DNA from: a virus
Strand: one strand, 5' to 3'
IMG/VR virus record: IMGVR_UViG_3300045988_162015
DNA length: 64,000 bases
Part shown: positions 27,076-37,226 of the stretch, in pieces
Layout of the letters: every line of letters starts with the position of its first letter
How positions within the stretch are numbered: the first letter of the stretch is position 1
Notes under the pieces: generated by a model
The model's input: the letters and a program-made list of their open reading frames with translations, nothing else
The model's database searches: none
Told to the model about the DNA's origin: nothing
Made by a program: the position numbers and the translations under genes

Positions 27076-27309
27076 ATGATTTATTGCCTTGTTCCAAAAG
27101 AGGAATTAAAAGATTTGCTCTATGATAGCTTGAAGCTTCAAGCATTAGACTGTGGCGGCGTTGACAATTGGGATTGGTACGGTGCATCTATTGGAGATTT
27201 TATTGATGCTGCCAAGGCAGACTATAATGTTCCAGAAGATGATGATGATTTCGACATTGGCGATATGGCTGATGTAGATGTTGAAGGTTATAGAACAGTG
27301 GAGGAATAA
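27076..27309 (+). CDS. acidic hypothetical protein (77 aa)
   Basis: In frame with track ORF 27007. Starts at the second ATG. Confidence 0.45.
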   Translation: MIYCLVPKEELKDLLYDSLKLQALDCGGVDNWDWYGASIGDFIDAAKADYNVPEDDDDFDIGDMADVDVEGYRTVEE

Positions 27310-27311
27310 TT

Positions 27312-27722
27312 ATGTTATTATATCTTCTTGCTATTGTTGTTTGCGTAGTTTGTTTTATCATTGGAAAAATTTTAAGTGATAATTTTAGTGATTGGAGTGT
27401 TCTTCCATTCACAGTAGGTTTTATGACGGCTCTTGTAGTATTTATTAGCACTATTGTTTTTATCAGTCAAGGAGTCAGAGAACCTATTGACCGTGCTAAT
27501 GTAGAAGCCGAACGAGATGTTATTATTTATCAGATAGAACACCATGATAGTTTCCTTGAAACTTCAAGGGTTGGTGTAAATGAATTATATTATACTCAAG
27601 TAAAAGAGTTCAATGAAAAAGTGCGTGTTCATCAGTTTTATAGGAGTAATCCTTGGACAAGCTGGTATGAGCAGCCATTTTGGTCAGAAATTGAATTGAT
27701 TGATTATACAGAGGAGTCTTGA
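27312..27722 (+). CDS. membrane protein (136 aa)
   Basis: Two N-terminal transmembrane segments. Confidence 0.5.
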   Translation: MLLYLLAIVVCVVCFIIGKILSDNFSDWSVLPFTVGFMTALVVFISTIVFISQGVREPIDRANVEAERDVIIYQIEHHDSFLETSRVGVNELYYTQVKEFNEKVRVHQFYRSNPWTSWYEQPFWSEIELIDYTEES

Positions 27723-27745
27723 TAAGAGACTCCTCTTTTATTTTT
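27711..27745 (+). terminator. rho-independent terminator
   Basis: GAGGAGTCT...GAGACTCCTC followed by TTTTATTTTT. Confidence 0.6.
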
Positions 27746-27785
27746 ATAAAAAAATATTATAAAATATATATATAAAGAAATGAGA
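27740..27785. promoter_or_regulatory. phage middle/late promoter motif
   Basis: TATTTTTATAAAAAAATATTATAAAATATATATATAAAGAAATGAGAG. Confidence 0.45.
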
Positions 27786-27815
27786 GATATAAAGAATTTT
27801 AAAGGAGACGATACT

Positions 27816-27974
27816 ATGGACAAGATTAGAAACGAAGAAGTTGTTAATGCTTATAATAAGGTTGTTGATCTTTGTGTAAGTAATTATGAGTATATTGACA
27901 ATGCTGAAGCGGAAGAAATTGACATGGCTCTTGATATTCTTTATAAGCAGCTTTTTGAGGAGGGTGACAGATAA
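27816..27974 (+). CDS. hypothetical protein (52 aa)
   Basis: AAAGGAGACGATACTATG RBS. Confidence 0.4.
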   Translation: MDKIRNEEVVNAYNKVVDLCVSNYEYIDNAEAEEIDMALDILYKQLFEEGDR

Positions 27975-28684
27975 TGGCTCTTGTTGCTAAGTCTTATCAG
28001 GATTTGGAAATTATCCGTGATACTTATATTGAAAATGGCAAGCGTTATTGTGATGTGCGGACCAAGGATGGCAAGATCAAAAAAGTTAAATCGTATACCA
28101 CAGCAGAGTATGACCGCTATTATCCTCCTGTGAAAATTATTAAACCTGGCAACCGCAAGCATATTCTTGGTTTTGATAATGGTTATATTACTCTGTTTAA
28201 GGGTAATACCTATGAAAATCTTGAATGGTTTAAACGCTCTAATGCTCGTTTCCACACTATATTTAAGTGGTATGTTGTTTCTACAGAAGAAGTTCCTGCC
28301 GATGTACCGGAAGGTATTACGCCTGTGCAGCTGCCTTGGGAGCTCGTAGGTAATGACGACGGCACTCTGAAAGATACAGTAGTTATTAATAAGGTAGTTG
28401 AAAACCTTATTTATGATGAAGGCAATAGCCGCTATCAGGGTGAAGTTGGGGACAAGATTGAGCGTGATGTAAAAGTAATTAAAAACATTGAAGCAGAAAA
28501 TTATTATGGTGTTAACCATATTATGACATTCATTGATGCCAATGAGAATCTGTACTGTTGGAGTACAGCAGCCAAGAATTGGGAAATTGGCAAGGAACTT
28601 ACCATTAAGGGAACTATTAAGTCTCTTGGAACTTACCAGAAGCAGAAAATTACTTATTTGACGAGGTGTAGTGAAGTTGGATAA
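27974..28684 (+). CDS. hypothetical protein (236 aa)
   Basis: Coupled start (TAATG). Confidence 0.5.
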   Translation: MALVAKSYQDLEIIRDTYIENGKRYCDVRTKDGKIKKVKSYTTAEYDRYYPPVKIIKPGNRKHILGFDNGYITLFKGNTYENLEWFKRSNARFHTIFKWYVVSTEEVPADVPEGITPVQLPWELVGNDDGTLKDTVVINKVVENLIYDEGNSRYQGEVGDKIERDVKVIKNIEAENYYGVNHIMTFIDANENLYCWSTAAKNWEIGKELTIKGTIKSLGTYQKQKITYLTRCSEVG

Positions 28685-28952
28685 TTGGATGGATGTATTT
28701 GATGCATATGCTGAAGAAGTTTATCAGCATATGATTATTGAAAAGCATTCTAATGTTCTTAAATATGGTAAGATTGCTATTGATTTACAGAGTGAAGAGA
28801 ATGGAAACTATTATCGTTTGCGTATAATCCTTTGGGATGATATGGTTTATGCAGATTGGATGCGTAATGGAATAGTTATTTTTTGTGAGCCGATTTCTGA
28901 CAAGAAAAGTTATAATGAAAGGATTGAAATGAGTAATTGGAATTTGACATGA
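28671..28952 (+). CDS. hypothetical protein (93 aa)
   Basis: Overlapping start. Confidence 0.4.
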   Translation: MKLDNWMDVFDAYAEEVYQHMIIEKHSNVLKYGKIAIDLQSEENGNYYRLRIILWDDMVYADWMRNGIVIFCEPISDKKSYNERIEMSNWNLT

Positions 28953-29365
28953 GCAAGGTAATGTCTGGTCCAGGCAATCCTTTTGTATTTAATCAGATGG
29001 ATTTTTTAATGGGTCGTATTAAGAAAGAAGACACATTAAATAAATACCATATGCTTCTTAAATCAGGCAAAGTTATTCTTGAAGACTATTGGTGTTGGCA
29101 TGGTCATGAATGGTATAAAGCATTAGTTAAATGTCTTAATGATTTTTATATTGTAATTATATCAGAAATAGATGTAATTAGTATAGAAAGAATAGAAAAT
29201 CCAACAGTAGATTCTATCTATATGGAATATATATTGGCGAGCAGAATGAGAGGAGATGAAGTTGATGGCGACTCTATATATGATGTGCGGCTTGAGTGCA
29301 AATGGAAAGACTACATTCGCGAAATCCTTCGCAAAGATGAATCACATCCGATATGTAAATCCTGA
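28937..29365 (+). CDS. hypothetical protein (142 aa)
   Basis: Overlapping start. Confidence 0.4.
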   Translation: MEFDMSKVMSGPGNPFVFNQMDFLMGRIKKEDTLNKYHMLLKSGKVILEDYWCWHGHEWYKALVKCLNDFYIVIISEIDVISIERIENPTVDSIYMEYILASRMRGDEVDGDSIYDVRLECKWKDYIREILRKDESHPICKS

Positions 29366-29801
29366 TGAATTGTATGCTGTTTTTAATGGTGATGAATGCA
29401 ACCGTAGTCATAAGTTCGAAGTTTGGCAGACATTGTATCAGATTGTGCATTGTGCAGAAATGGATAATGCAGACATTATCATTGATACTAATTGCTTGAC
29501 TTTTGGACAGCGAGAAGAAATCAGAAGCCGTTTCCCCCATTTCGATAACTATCAGCTTATGGTTATTATTGCCAGCGTAGAAAATTCAAAGGAATGGAAC
29601 TCCAAGAGACATAGAGTAGTGCCGCAGCAGGAGCTTGAACGGCAGGCACGTATTGTAGACTGGCCTAATTTGACTGACCATTATAATGGTTGGAATAATA
29701 TTAGATATTATTACAATGATGGTTCTCTGTTCACTAAATATCGTGAAATCTATGATGGCGAAGATCATGATCTGCGACAGGAGAAGGAGGATAATAAGTA
29801 A
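29256..29801 (+). CDS. P-loop kinase, polynucleotide-kinase-like
   Basis: Walker A MCGLSANGKTTFAKSF. Walker B-like IIIDTNCLT. The start is one of the ATGs at 29256, 29265, 29280 or 29283, and it overlaps the upstream ORF. Confidence 0.5.
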   Translation: MKLMATLYMMCGLSANGKTTFAKSFAKMNHIRYVNPDELYAVFNGDECNRSHKFEVWQTLYQIVHCAEMDNADIIIDTNCLTFGQREEIRSRFPHFDNYQLMVIIASVENSKEWNSKRHRVVPQQELERQARIVDWPNLTDHYNGWNNIRYYYNDGSLFTKYREIYDGEDHDLRQEKEDNK

Positions 29802-30400
29802 TGTTTTTGATTGTTTTAGGTATTTTTATTGTATTTGCTATTATTTGTTTTATAGTATTTAGTTATTTCAAAGATTGGGAAAATTATCAAGGTTTTAAAG
29901 AAGGAGCTATTAAATGGCATGAAAAAACTGTTGAGCTTACCTTCGATGATGTAATGAGATATTCTGCTATTAAACCTGATAAATGGTGTGTTACTGGTAA
30001 TAGCATTTCTTATAAGACTGGTAAGCGTACTCGTAATGGCGGCGAAAATAATTTTTATGTATATTTTGGTTCTTATAAGGAATACCGTAAATTTATTCAA
30101 TGGTGGATAAATAAAAAGAATAAAGTAAAGCAAGAAGAGGAACTACTTAAAGGTCTTGAATTCTGCGACCTTATGAGAAAAGATTGTCAGGCACTTAAAG
30201 AAGAAAGCCAAGAGGCAATTCGTAAGGCGGCAATTAGTAGTGCCCAGCTTATTAAGCAAACGGTTGAAAATGATGCTGAACTTAAACATATTTATAAGTG
30301 TGTAGTTAATAAAGATGGCACTGTTGAACTTGTTAAGTATGATTGTACTAAAACGGCACAATTGAGTGAGCAGCCGGAAGGTTCTATTACTTGCTCGTAA
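29801..30400 (+). CDS. membrane-anchored hypothetical protein (199 aa)
   Basis: N-terminal transmembrane segment. TAATG coupling. Confidence 0.5.
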   Translation: MFLIVLGIFIVFAIICFIVFSYFKDWENYQGFKEGAIKWHEKTVELTFDDVMRYSAIKPDKWCVTGNSISYKTGKRTRNGGENNFYVYFGSYKEYRKFIQWWINKKNKVKQEEELLKGLEFCDLMRKDCQALKEESQEAIRKAAISSAQLIKQTVENDAELKHIYKCVVNKDGTVELVKYDCTKTAQLSEQPEGSITCS

Positions 30401-30401
30401 A

Positions 30402-30445
30402 TTTGAAAAAAATAAAAAAATATTATATAATATTTATATAAAAGA
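30402..30445. promoter_or_regulatory. phage promoter motif, variant B
   Basis: AAAAAATAAAAAAATATTATATAATATTTATATAAAAGATAAGGAG. Confidence 0.45.
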
Positions 30446-30460
30446 TAAGGAGTAATTAAT

Positions 30461-30685
30461 ATGTTTGGTTTTGATGATAGCTATTTTCTGTTCATGAATG
30501 AAGCAGAGGGTACTGGAATGGTAAACACTCGTACTGGATGTATTAATACTCTGGTACGTAAGATGCAAGAAAGTCCTCGATGGTATGTTGAGGAAAATTT
30601 TAATATTATGTGTGAAGAGTGCGGGATTGAAGATATTACACCTGCCGAAGAAGATATGGTATGGGAGATGTATAGCCGAGGATGA
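30461..30685 (+). CDS. hypothetical protein (74 aa)
   Basis: AAGGAGTAATTAATATG RBS. Confidence 0.5.
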   Translation: MFGFDDSYFLFMNEAEGTGMVNTRTGCINTLVRKMQESPRWYVEENFNIMCEECGIEDITPAEEDMVWEMYSRG

Positions 30686-32313
30686 AAGTTTATTTAAAAG
30701 GAATTGGTTTTAAGGATTATCGAAGAACTTATAGTCCAGTTTATGATTCTAAGGTCTATGATAAAGAAGCTTGGAAAGAACTACTAGAAGATTTTAACGA
30801 GAATGTTAAAGTAGGAACTTATAACAAATTGCCTTATGCCGATTGGAAAATTCTTCGTCTGATGGATGGAGATTACAAGGTAGTATGGTTTGAAATTGAT
30901 AATGTATATCTTGCTCCTATTGTAGTTCATATCCAAGAATTTAAATATTTAAAAGATTCAGATAGTTTTAGAATGGTAGGTACTGATAAGAAGTATGATA
31001 CCTTTGAAGCTTATTCATTTGGTGCATATTTAGCTGATATGCTGTTCTATGATTATTTTGATTGTGTGGAAACGGCGGAAACTCCTGGAAGGATAGATGA
31101 TTATAGACTATTTGGCTTGGATAATTTAGGAGCATATGACTCAGAAGATAATATCGGTTGGCGTGCTCTTAACTGGGCACTTAATCCCGCTGTGGAGGGC
31201 AAAACCGGTAAAATGATTTTTGAAAATGTAAAAGATAATATTAAGAATCTTAGTTATGAATTTGATAAAACTACTAAAATTCTTAATGATTGTTATAATA
31301 TCTATAAAGATAGTAATAAAGAATGGCTTAATACTGTTTACAAAGATGTAGATAGAGTAAAGACTTCGGCATCAGATTGTACAAATGTTGAAGTTAATCC
31401 TATTAGAGCGATTACAAAGGATGAAGCCCAGCAGTCAGTTCAGGATTTTCTGAATTCTCAAATTTCTACTGAAGCTTCTACAGCAGTTGCATCTACTGAT
31501 TGGAAATATAATACATCTATTTCTAAGACAGTGCCTATTGTTGGTGGAGGAGTTTCTGATTTTTCCACTATTAAAATTAGTAATGATGGCTCTTATGGCA
31601 CAGCCACTATTTCAATTGATGATAACTTAACTCATCGTATTGATACAATGGAAGAAAGAATTAATAAACTTGAAACAAACAATGATGATATGAAAGGTAA
31701 AGGAAATAATATGAAGATGTTTAATTTTGATTTTGGTCCGATTAAGGATAATGATGCTATTCGTATGTCGCCGTATGGTCTGGCTGTTAAGAATGTTAAT
31801 GGCACTTATCAGGCATATGATAAGAAAAATGGTGAGATTATGGATGTTGATGTTTTCAACTTCAAGGCTGATAATATGTTCTTCAAGATTCCTGTCGGCA
31901 TTGATGCAATTGAAGCCGGCGACGTAATCATCTTTAACAGACGCCCGTGTTTTGTATTCGGTTTCTCCGAGCAGGGTGATGTGATTGCAATTGATATTGC
32001 AATGGGTGAGAAGAAGACTATTATGCCGACCCGCAGCCCGTTTGGCTTTAATTTCATTACGAAGGTTATGTCTCTGGCAGACAATATGTTTGGCGATACT
32101 CCTTCTGCTGATAATCCTTTCGGTAATATGTGGATGTTTGCAATGATGGATGATAATTCTTCTATGAAGGATATGCTGCCGATGATGATGCTGATGAATG
32201 GCAAGGTCGGCAGTACAATGGACCCGATGATGCTGTACTTCATGATGAAGGACGGCAAGGGTGATGATGAAAGTATGCTTCCTCTTCTTCTTATGATGAA
32301 TATGAAGAAGTAA
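30682..32313 (+). CDS. large hypothetical protein (543 aa) with a Met-rich C-terminal tail
   Basis: ATGA coupling. The last ~90 aa contain about 25 Met residues, for example MMMLMNGKVGSTMDPMMLYFMMKDG...LLLMMNMKK. Confidence 0.5.
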   Translation: MKVYLKGIGFKDYRRTYSPVYDSKVYDKEAWKELLEDFNENVKVGTYNKLPYADWKILRLMDGDYKVVWFEIDNVYLAPIVVHIQEFKYLKDSDSFRMVGTDKKYDTFEAYSFGAYLADMLFYDYFDCVETAETPGRIDDYRLFGLDNLGAYDSEDNIGWRALNWALNPAVEGKTGKMIFENVKDNIKNLSYEFDKTTKILNDCYNIYKDSNKEWLNTVYKDVDRVKTSASDCTNVEVNPIRAITKDEAQQSVQDFLNSQISTEASTAVASTDWKYNTSISKTVPIVGGGVSDFSTIKISNDGSYGTATISIDDNLTHRIDTMEERINKLETNNDDMKGKGNNMKMFNFDFGPIKDNDAIRMSPYGLAVKNVNGTYQAYDKKNGEIMDVDVFNFKADNMFFKIPVGIDAIEAGDVIIFNRRPCFVFGFSEQGDVIAIDIAMGEKKTIMPTRSPFGFNFITKVMSLADNMFGDTPSADNPFGNMWMFAMMDDNSSMKDMLPMMMLMNGKVGSTMDPMMLYFMMKDGKGDDESMLPLLLMMNMKK

Positions 32314-32369
32314 GGTTGATATAAATATTTCTAAATATTGCCAGTTTAGAAAATCACTTCCTTTATGAA

Positions 32370-32405
32370 ATAGACCTCGGTTATCCGGGGTCTATTTTAT
32401 TTTTA
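32370..32405 (+). terminator. rho-independent terminator
   Basis: TAGACCTCGG...CCGGGGTCTA followed by TTTTATTTTT. Confidence 0.55.
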
Positions 32406-32445
32406 TAAAAAAATATTATAAAATATATATATAAATTAAAAGGAA
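32399..32445. promoter_or_regulatory. phage middle/late promoter motif
   Basis: TTTTTATAAAAAAATATTATAAAATATATATATAAATTAAAAGG. Confidence 0.45.
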
Positions 32446-32458
32446 AAGGTGAATTAAA

Positions 32459-34123
32459 ATGACAGATTTGAGGACTCTTATTCCAGAAGAAGAAAAGAAT
32501 CTGCTGCACGATTATATTAAAGAGTACCTTCATTCTGATAATTACTGTACTGTAGATGAAATTAATCATCTTCTGCGGTTTTGGGCTGCCGAAAAGCCTG
32601 ACCTGTATAAGCTGCTGGGCAACAATCTGATGGTTAAAGACCATATTGCTTATCAGGCATCTGAAGAGGATTTGATGGATAAGTTCAGTGAAATGTATGA
32701 AGAAATTTATAATAATCCTGAATTAGCAAACGTTAAAAAATTCATTGACTCTTACGAGCAGATTACTAATATTTATTATTCTTGGATGGATGCCACTCTT
32801 GATAAGGATGAACGGGCTATGTGTTGTAGCATGATTGAGCATTGCCTTGATAGTGAATCTCTCGTGGCCAATAAAAATGTGTATATGTTTGATTGGGGTC
32901 GCAAATCTGTTACTATTCGCCGTGGTCCGCATGCAGATACTTCAAAGCCGCTTGAACTGAAGAGTGATATGAAGTTGATGCGAATGATGGCTAAAATTGT
33001 CGATTGGTTTGAGTTGGACAAAGAAGCATTTGAGCAGTTTCGTATTCTTCATTCGCGTGTTTTGAATGATCGTATGATTAATGCTGATATTGTACTATCT
33101 ATTCATCCGCTTGATTATCTTACTATGAGTGACAATGCTTGTGATTGGGAGAGCTGTATGAACTGGTATCAGGGTGGCGATTATCGTCTTGGTACTGTTG
33201 AAATGATGAATTCTCCTGTCATCCTTGAAGCATATGTTGAATCCGAGCATCCTTATTGTCCCATTGACCGTGACAAAAGGACTTGGAGCAATAAGCGTTG
33301 GCGGTGTCTCTATATTGTTAATAGGGATATCATTACTGAAATCAAGCAGTATCCTTATAATAACATTTATCTGCGTGACTATGTGCTGAATAAGATTAAG
33401 CAGTTGGCTGAACAGAATATGGGTTGGCATTATGATGAAAAGATGTACGAGGTTTGGCAGAATCAGCCTAATGATACTGATTTTGGTCAGGTTTATATTC
33501 GCATGAGGACTGGAGCTATGTATAATGATTATTATGATAATCATTATGCTTATATCAATCCAGAAGTCAAAGAAGTAGAAGTTTACTATTCTGGTGTAGC
33601 TGAATGTATGTGTTGCGGCAAAGGCTACGAAGCTGATCCGAGTGGAAATGTAGATGCATTTGTAGAATGTGATAAAGTCGTATGTGCAACCTGCGAAGGC
33701 AAAGTACAGTGCGATGATTGTGGTTCTTGGATTGATAGTGAAGATGCTTGGTTTTGTAGTGAAGATGGGGCAACATATTGTAGCTGGTGTGCAGAGGGCC
33801 GCACCCAGATTTGTAGCTGCTGCGGAGAAACTAAATGGCTTGATTATGATTTCAAGAAGCAGGCTCTTCCCTATATGTTTGAAGTAAAAACTCCTAATGG
33901 TAAGCATCGTCGAGATGTTGGAAATCCGATTGATGTTTGCGATGATTGTTATGAAGACTATGATTTCGATGATGTACCGAAGGAGCCAGACCCGTGGGGC
34001 GATTTTCAGTATATTGATGTTGACAAGGTAGATAGGAAGGTATGGGAGCCATTTCTGTCCCTTGAAAGAATTGCTGATGCCAAGGAACGGTTAAAGGCAA
34101 CTTACCCTAATGATTATGTTTAG
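32459..34123 (+). CDS. large Cys-rich protein, family member A (HPLDYLTMSDN...WESCMNW core plus C-terminal CxxC zinc-ribbon repeats)
   Basis: 554 aa. Paralogous to 40422..42065 and 44661..45983. Confidence 0.55.
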   Translation: MTDLRTLIPEEEKNLLHDYIKEYLHSDNYCTVDEINHLLRFWAAEKPDLYKLLGNNLMVKDHIAYQASEEDLMDKFSEMYEEIYNNPELANVKKFIDSYEQITNIYYSWMDATLDKDERAMCCSMIEHCLDSESLVANKNVYMFDWGRKSVTIRRGPHADTSKPLELKSDMKLMRMMAKIVDWFELDKEAFEQFRILHSRVLNDRMINADIVLSIHPLDYLTMSDNACDWESCMNWYQGGDYRLGTVEMMNSPVILEAYVESEHPYCPIDRDKRTWSNKRWRCLYIVNRDIITEIKQYPYNNIYLRDYVLNKIKQLAEQNMGWHYDEKMYEVWQNQPNDTDFGQVYIRMRTGAMYNDYYDNHYAYINPEVKEVEVYYSGVAECMCCGKGYEADPSGNVDAFVECDKVVCATCEGKVQCDDCGSWIDSEDAWFCSEDGATYCSWCAEGRTQICSCCGETKWLDYDFKKQALPYMFEVKTPNGKHRRDVGNPIDVCDDCYEDYDFDDVPKEPDPWGDFQYIDVDKVDRKVWEPFLSLERIADAKERLKATYPNDYV

Positions 34124-34149
34124 TTTAAATTCTTGCCAAAATTGAATAC

Positions 34150-34195
34150 TCGAAAATTTATAAAAAATTTGATATAATATATATAGAAAGGATGG
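34150..34195. promoter_or_regulatory. phage promoter motif
   Basis: ATTTATAAAAAATTTGATATAATATATATAGAAAGGATGGGAG. Confidence 0.4.
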
Positions 34196-34202
34196 GAGAG
34201 AT

Positions 34203-34649
34203 ATGGAACACATTTATAGATTGACTTATGGACCTGACTACGAAGAGCAAGTACTTGGTTATCTCACTGAAGATAAGTTGAATGATTACCTTGAAGAGTT
34301 GTTTAATTCTGCTCTTATTCAGAGTAGTATTCGTAGCCATATTGAAACTCTTAAAGTGCAAAAAATGGCATATGAAACTCAACGGCATCATATTGTTCAA
34401 GACATGAATAAATGTCTTCCTATCCTTCAAGATGGCAAGACAAATCCTAAATATAAAGAAACTAAAAAAGAATACAGAAAATATGAACGAGCTGTTATTG
34501 ATTGTAAATGGCAGATAAAGAAAATAGATAAGCTACTTGAAGAATGTGATAAATGGACAGCAACTGATTGGCTTCATTGGACTGATTATAATTGGGAACC
34601 TATTGAACTTAATGTAGTCAGACCAGTTAATGAGGAGGAAGATTGGTAA
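34203..34649 (+). CDS. hypothetical protein, tandem paralog a (148 aa)
   Basis: LTEDKLNDYLEELFNS...DWLHWTDYNWEPI is shared with the next gene. Confidence 0.5.
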   Translation: MEHIYRLTYGPDYEEQVLGYLTEDKLNDYLEELFNSALIQSSIRSHIETLKVQKMAYETQRHHIVQDMNKCLPILQDGKTNPKYKETKKEYRKYERAVIDCKWQIKKIDKLLEECDKWTATDWLHWTDYNWEPIELNVVRPVNEEEDW

Positions 34650-35107
34650 TGACAATTTATAAGGTAAGCCGCGGCAATGCTTGGGATGAATATGACATTG
34701 CTTATCTTACAGAAGATAAGTTGGAAGAATATCTCAATGCTGTTTACAATAGCTCTTGGATGGAACGGCATAAGCATAATCATCTTGATGGTATTAATGA
34801 GACAGAGAAAGATTACAAAGAAAGTCTTGATAGATATATTCAAAGCTGTAATTTCTATCTTCATGCTCCAAAACATGGACAGTTAAGTAAAGAAGCTTCT
34901 AAAAATAATTTCAATCAGTGTGAACGAAAAATTATAGAAACACGCAATAGACTTCAGCAAATCCAAGAGATTAAAGAAGAAGTAGTCAATTGGAGCAAGG
35001 AAGATTGGCTGCATCATGCACATTATAATTGGGAACCCATCCGAATTAACGATATGGAAAATCTTGAAAGACCTGATGATGACAGAACAAGTGAGGATTG
35101 GATGTAA
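34643..35107 (+). CDS. hypothetical protein, tandem paralog b (154 aa)
   Basis: LTEDKLEEYLNAVYNS...DWLHHAHYNWEPI. Confidence 0.5.
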   Translation: MVMTIYKVSRGNAWDEYDIAYLTEDKLEEYLNAVYNSSWMERHKHNHLDGINETEKDYKESLDRYIQSCNFYLHAPKHGQLSKEASKNNFNQCERKIIETRNRLQQIQEIKEEVVNWSKEDWLHHAHYNWEPIRINDMENLERPDDDRTSEDWM

Positions 35108-35343
35108 TGGAAAAGAAAGAAATGGTAATTAAAATCCTTAAAGAAAGCGGCACTCTTACTGCAAAGCAAATTTCAGCATTTGCAAAGCGTAAGTATGATT
35201 TTGATATTACACCACAGGGTGCTTCGGGTGTGATGCGTGGCCTTATTGGTCAGGGGCTTGCGGCGAGTTCTAAAGATGGTAGTAATCAGACACGATACTG
35301 GCTTAATACTTGTACATGGAAGGATATGATGGCAAATGATTAA
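35107..35343 (+). CDS. small putative winged-helix-like protein (78 aa)
   Basis: KILKESGTLTAKQISAFAKRK. Weak helix-turn-helix-like pattern. Confidence 0.35.
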   Translation: MEKKEMVIKILKESGTLTAKQISAFAKRKYDFDITPQGASGVMRGLIGQGLAASSKDGSNQTRYWLNTCTWKDMMAND

Positions 35344-35566
35344 AAAATGTGTTATAACAATCCTATTGATTATAGCTGCCGGAATGATTCTTATTTCCTC
35401 TTGGAATTATACTTCTAATAGGATTCGTATTTTCCCTGATGCTATTGGTTCTCAAGGTGTTGAAATTCAAAAGCGAGATGGATATAAAATTGATCTTCAT
35501 CATCCGTATGAAATGGTTGAAACGGAAGAAGGTTATGATTTAATCATTCATTTTGTAGAGGAATAA
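35336..35566 (+). CDS. membrane protein (76 aa)
   Basis: N-terminal transmembrane segment. Confidence 0.45.
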   Translation: MIKKCVITILLIIAAGMILISSWNYTSNRIRIFPDAIGSQGVEIQKRDGYKIDLHHPYEMVETEEGYDLIIHFVEE

Positions 35567-35568
35567 GT

Positions 35569-35739
35569 ATGGCTGAATGTATTTATTTTAGCTATGAAGA
35601 TACAACTCCTTGGCATGGTGATGTATTTGACCATCCTGATTATGAGTATTATTGTTTAAAGAATGAAAAGAAAAAGAAAATTTTTTCTTGGTCCTGTTCA
35701 AAATGTCCTTATTATGAGGAGGGAAAAAATGATTCATAA
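35569..35739 (+). CDS. small Cys-containing protein (56 aa)
   Basis: GAGGAATAAGTATG RBS. Under 60 aa, so missed by the track. Confidence 0.35.
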   Translation: MAECIYFSYEDTTPWHGDVFDHPDYEYYCLKNEKKKKIFSWSCSKCPYYEEGKNDS

Positions 35740-36007
35740 AATGATTGCGTGCTCAGAAGAATGTCTTCGCTTGGCCTGTTGCAATGTTTGTAAATACGTT
35801 ATTCAAGATTATTTTTTTGAAAAAGACAAAGATGGGAATACACAGATTGTAAATGGTGGACCATATGGTTGTTCTCTTCATAAAGATAGCGACCATCAGA
35901 TGATTGCTGAAAGTTTTGGTTATTGTCCAGATTTTCATTGCAGAAATGCGACTGAAGATAATAAAGATAATTGGGTTGTAAAGGAGTTCGCAGATGAAGA
36001 GCATTAG
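35729..36007 (+). CDS. Cys-rich protein (92 aa)
   Basis: GGAGGGAAAAAATG RBS. In frame with track ORF 35663. Confidence 0.45.
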   Translation: MIHKMIACSEECLRLACCNVCKYVIQDYFFEKDKDGNTQIVNGGPYGCSLHKDSDHQMIAESFGYCPDFHCRNATEDNKDNWVVKEFADEEH

Positions 36008-36159
36008 AACTTGGGCACAACTCTATGACAGGCTGGGTAGACAGCTTCTGTGTAAAACAAGAGACCAAAGAATTATTTTAAAGAAAAATAATAAAGTAAT
36101 TCCATTATATTTAGTATATAATGAAAATGGAACGGATTGGTGGCTGGAGGAAGATACTG

Positions 36160-36405
36160 ATGACTGAATATAAATGTAAAGTATATTTAATTGAACCGCA
36201 GATAGGTTGGCATGGATTTAGTCTAGTTGCTGCCCTTGATGCTGAACATGCTAATCAAATTATTCGGAAAGCCGCAGGAGAGAGTAGATATTATTGGGGT
36301 TATTCGCATGTGCGAGAGTATGATGCTATTGATAATGTTTATTCTGATACTATTGGATTTGTATATGAAGGAATTTTTGAACACGAGGAGTTTTCAATGA
36401 TTTAA
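36160..36405 (+). CDS. hypothetical protein (81 aa)
   Basis: GGAGGAAGATACTGATG RBS. In frame with track ORF 36121. Confidence 0.45.
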   Translation: MTEYKCKVYLIEPQIGWHGFSLVAALDAEHANQIIRKAAGESRYYWGYSHVREYDAIDNVYSDTIGFVYEGIFEHEEFSMI

Positions 36406-36419
36406 GGAGTTGATATTTT

Positions 36420-37226
36420 ATGAATTATCATTCTGATAAATGGGTTATGGATAAGGTAGAAACTCATTTAGAAGCAGCTAATGTTAAGGGAGAAAATTGG
36501 GTTAGCTTAATGGCTTATGGTAGTCAGAATTATGGTCTTGATACTCAATCGTCTGATGTAGATACACGGCTTATTGTTCTTCCTTCATTTGAAGATATTG
36601 TATTAAATAAGAAGCCAGTATCTTATACCAAGGTTCTTCCTAATGAAGAGCATATTGATTTTAAGGATATTCGTTTGTTCATTGATTGTTTGAAGAAACA
36701 GAATATGGCTTATCTTGAATGCATCTTCACGTCTTATAAAATGGCATCAAGCACGTATTGGAATGAGTGGCAGGCACTGCTTAATGAGCGTGAAGCTATT
36801 GCACGCTATAATCCTTACAAGGCAGTTAAGACAATGAAGGGTATTGCTATGGAAAAATATCATGCAATGGAACATAGATATCCTACTAAAACTCATCTGA
36901 TTGATACATATGGTTATGATAGCAAGCAGCTTATGCATCTGCTTCGTATTGAAAGATACCTTGGACGTTATATTGATGGTGTTAAATATGCAGATTGTCT
37001 TCAAGCCCCAATGGGTGATTATCTTCTTAATGTAAAAAATTATCATTATGATCTTGAAACTGCACGAATTGTAGCCAATACTGCTATTAGTAATATTACA
37101 AGAGTAGCTGATGATTATTGTTCTAAGACTAAGGACGAAGGCAATGAAGAGCTTGAAGATTTTATGAATAAAGTTATTTATATTATTATGAAAAAAAGAA
37201 TTGTAAAGGAAATGTTAGATGTCTGA
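36420..37226 (+). CDS. Pol-beta-superfamily nucleotidyltransferase
   Basis: YGSQNYGLDTQSSDVDTRLIV is the G[SG]x(9-13)DxD nucleotidyltransferase signature. Confidence 0.55.
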   Translation: MNYHSDKWVMDKVETHLEAANVKGENWVSLMAYGSQNYGLDTQSSDVDTRLIVLPSFEDIVLNKKPVSYTKVLPNEEHIDFKDIRLFIDCLKKQNMAYLECIFTSYKMASSTYWNEWQALLNEREAIARYNPYKAVKTMKGIAMEKYHAMEHRYPTKTHLIDTYGYDSKQLMHLLRIERYLGRYIDGVKYADCLQAPMGDYLLNVKNYHYDLETARIVANTAISNITRVADDYCSKTKDEGNEELEDFMNKVIYIIMKKRIVKEMLDV

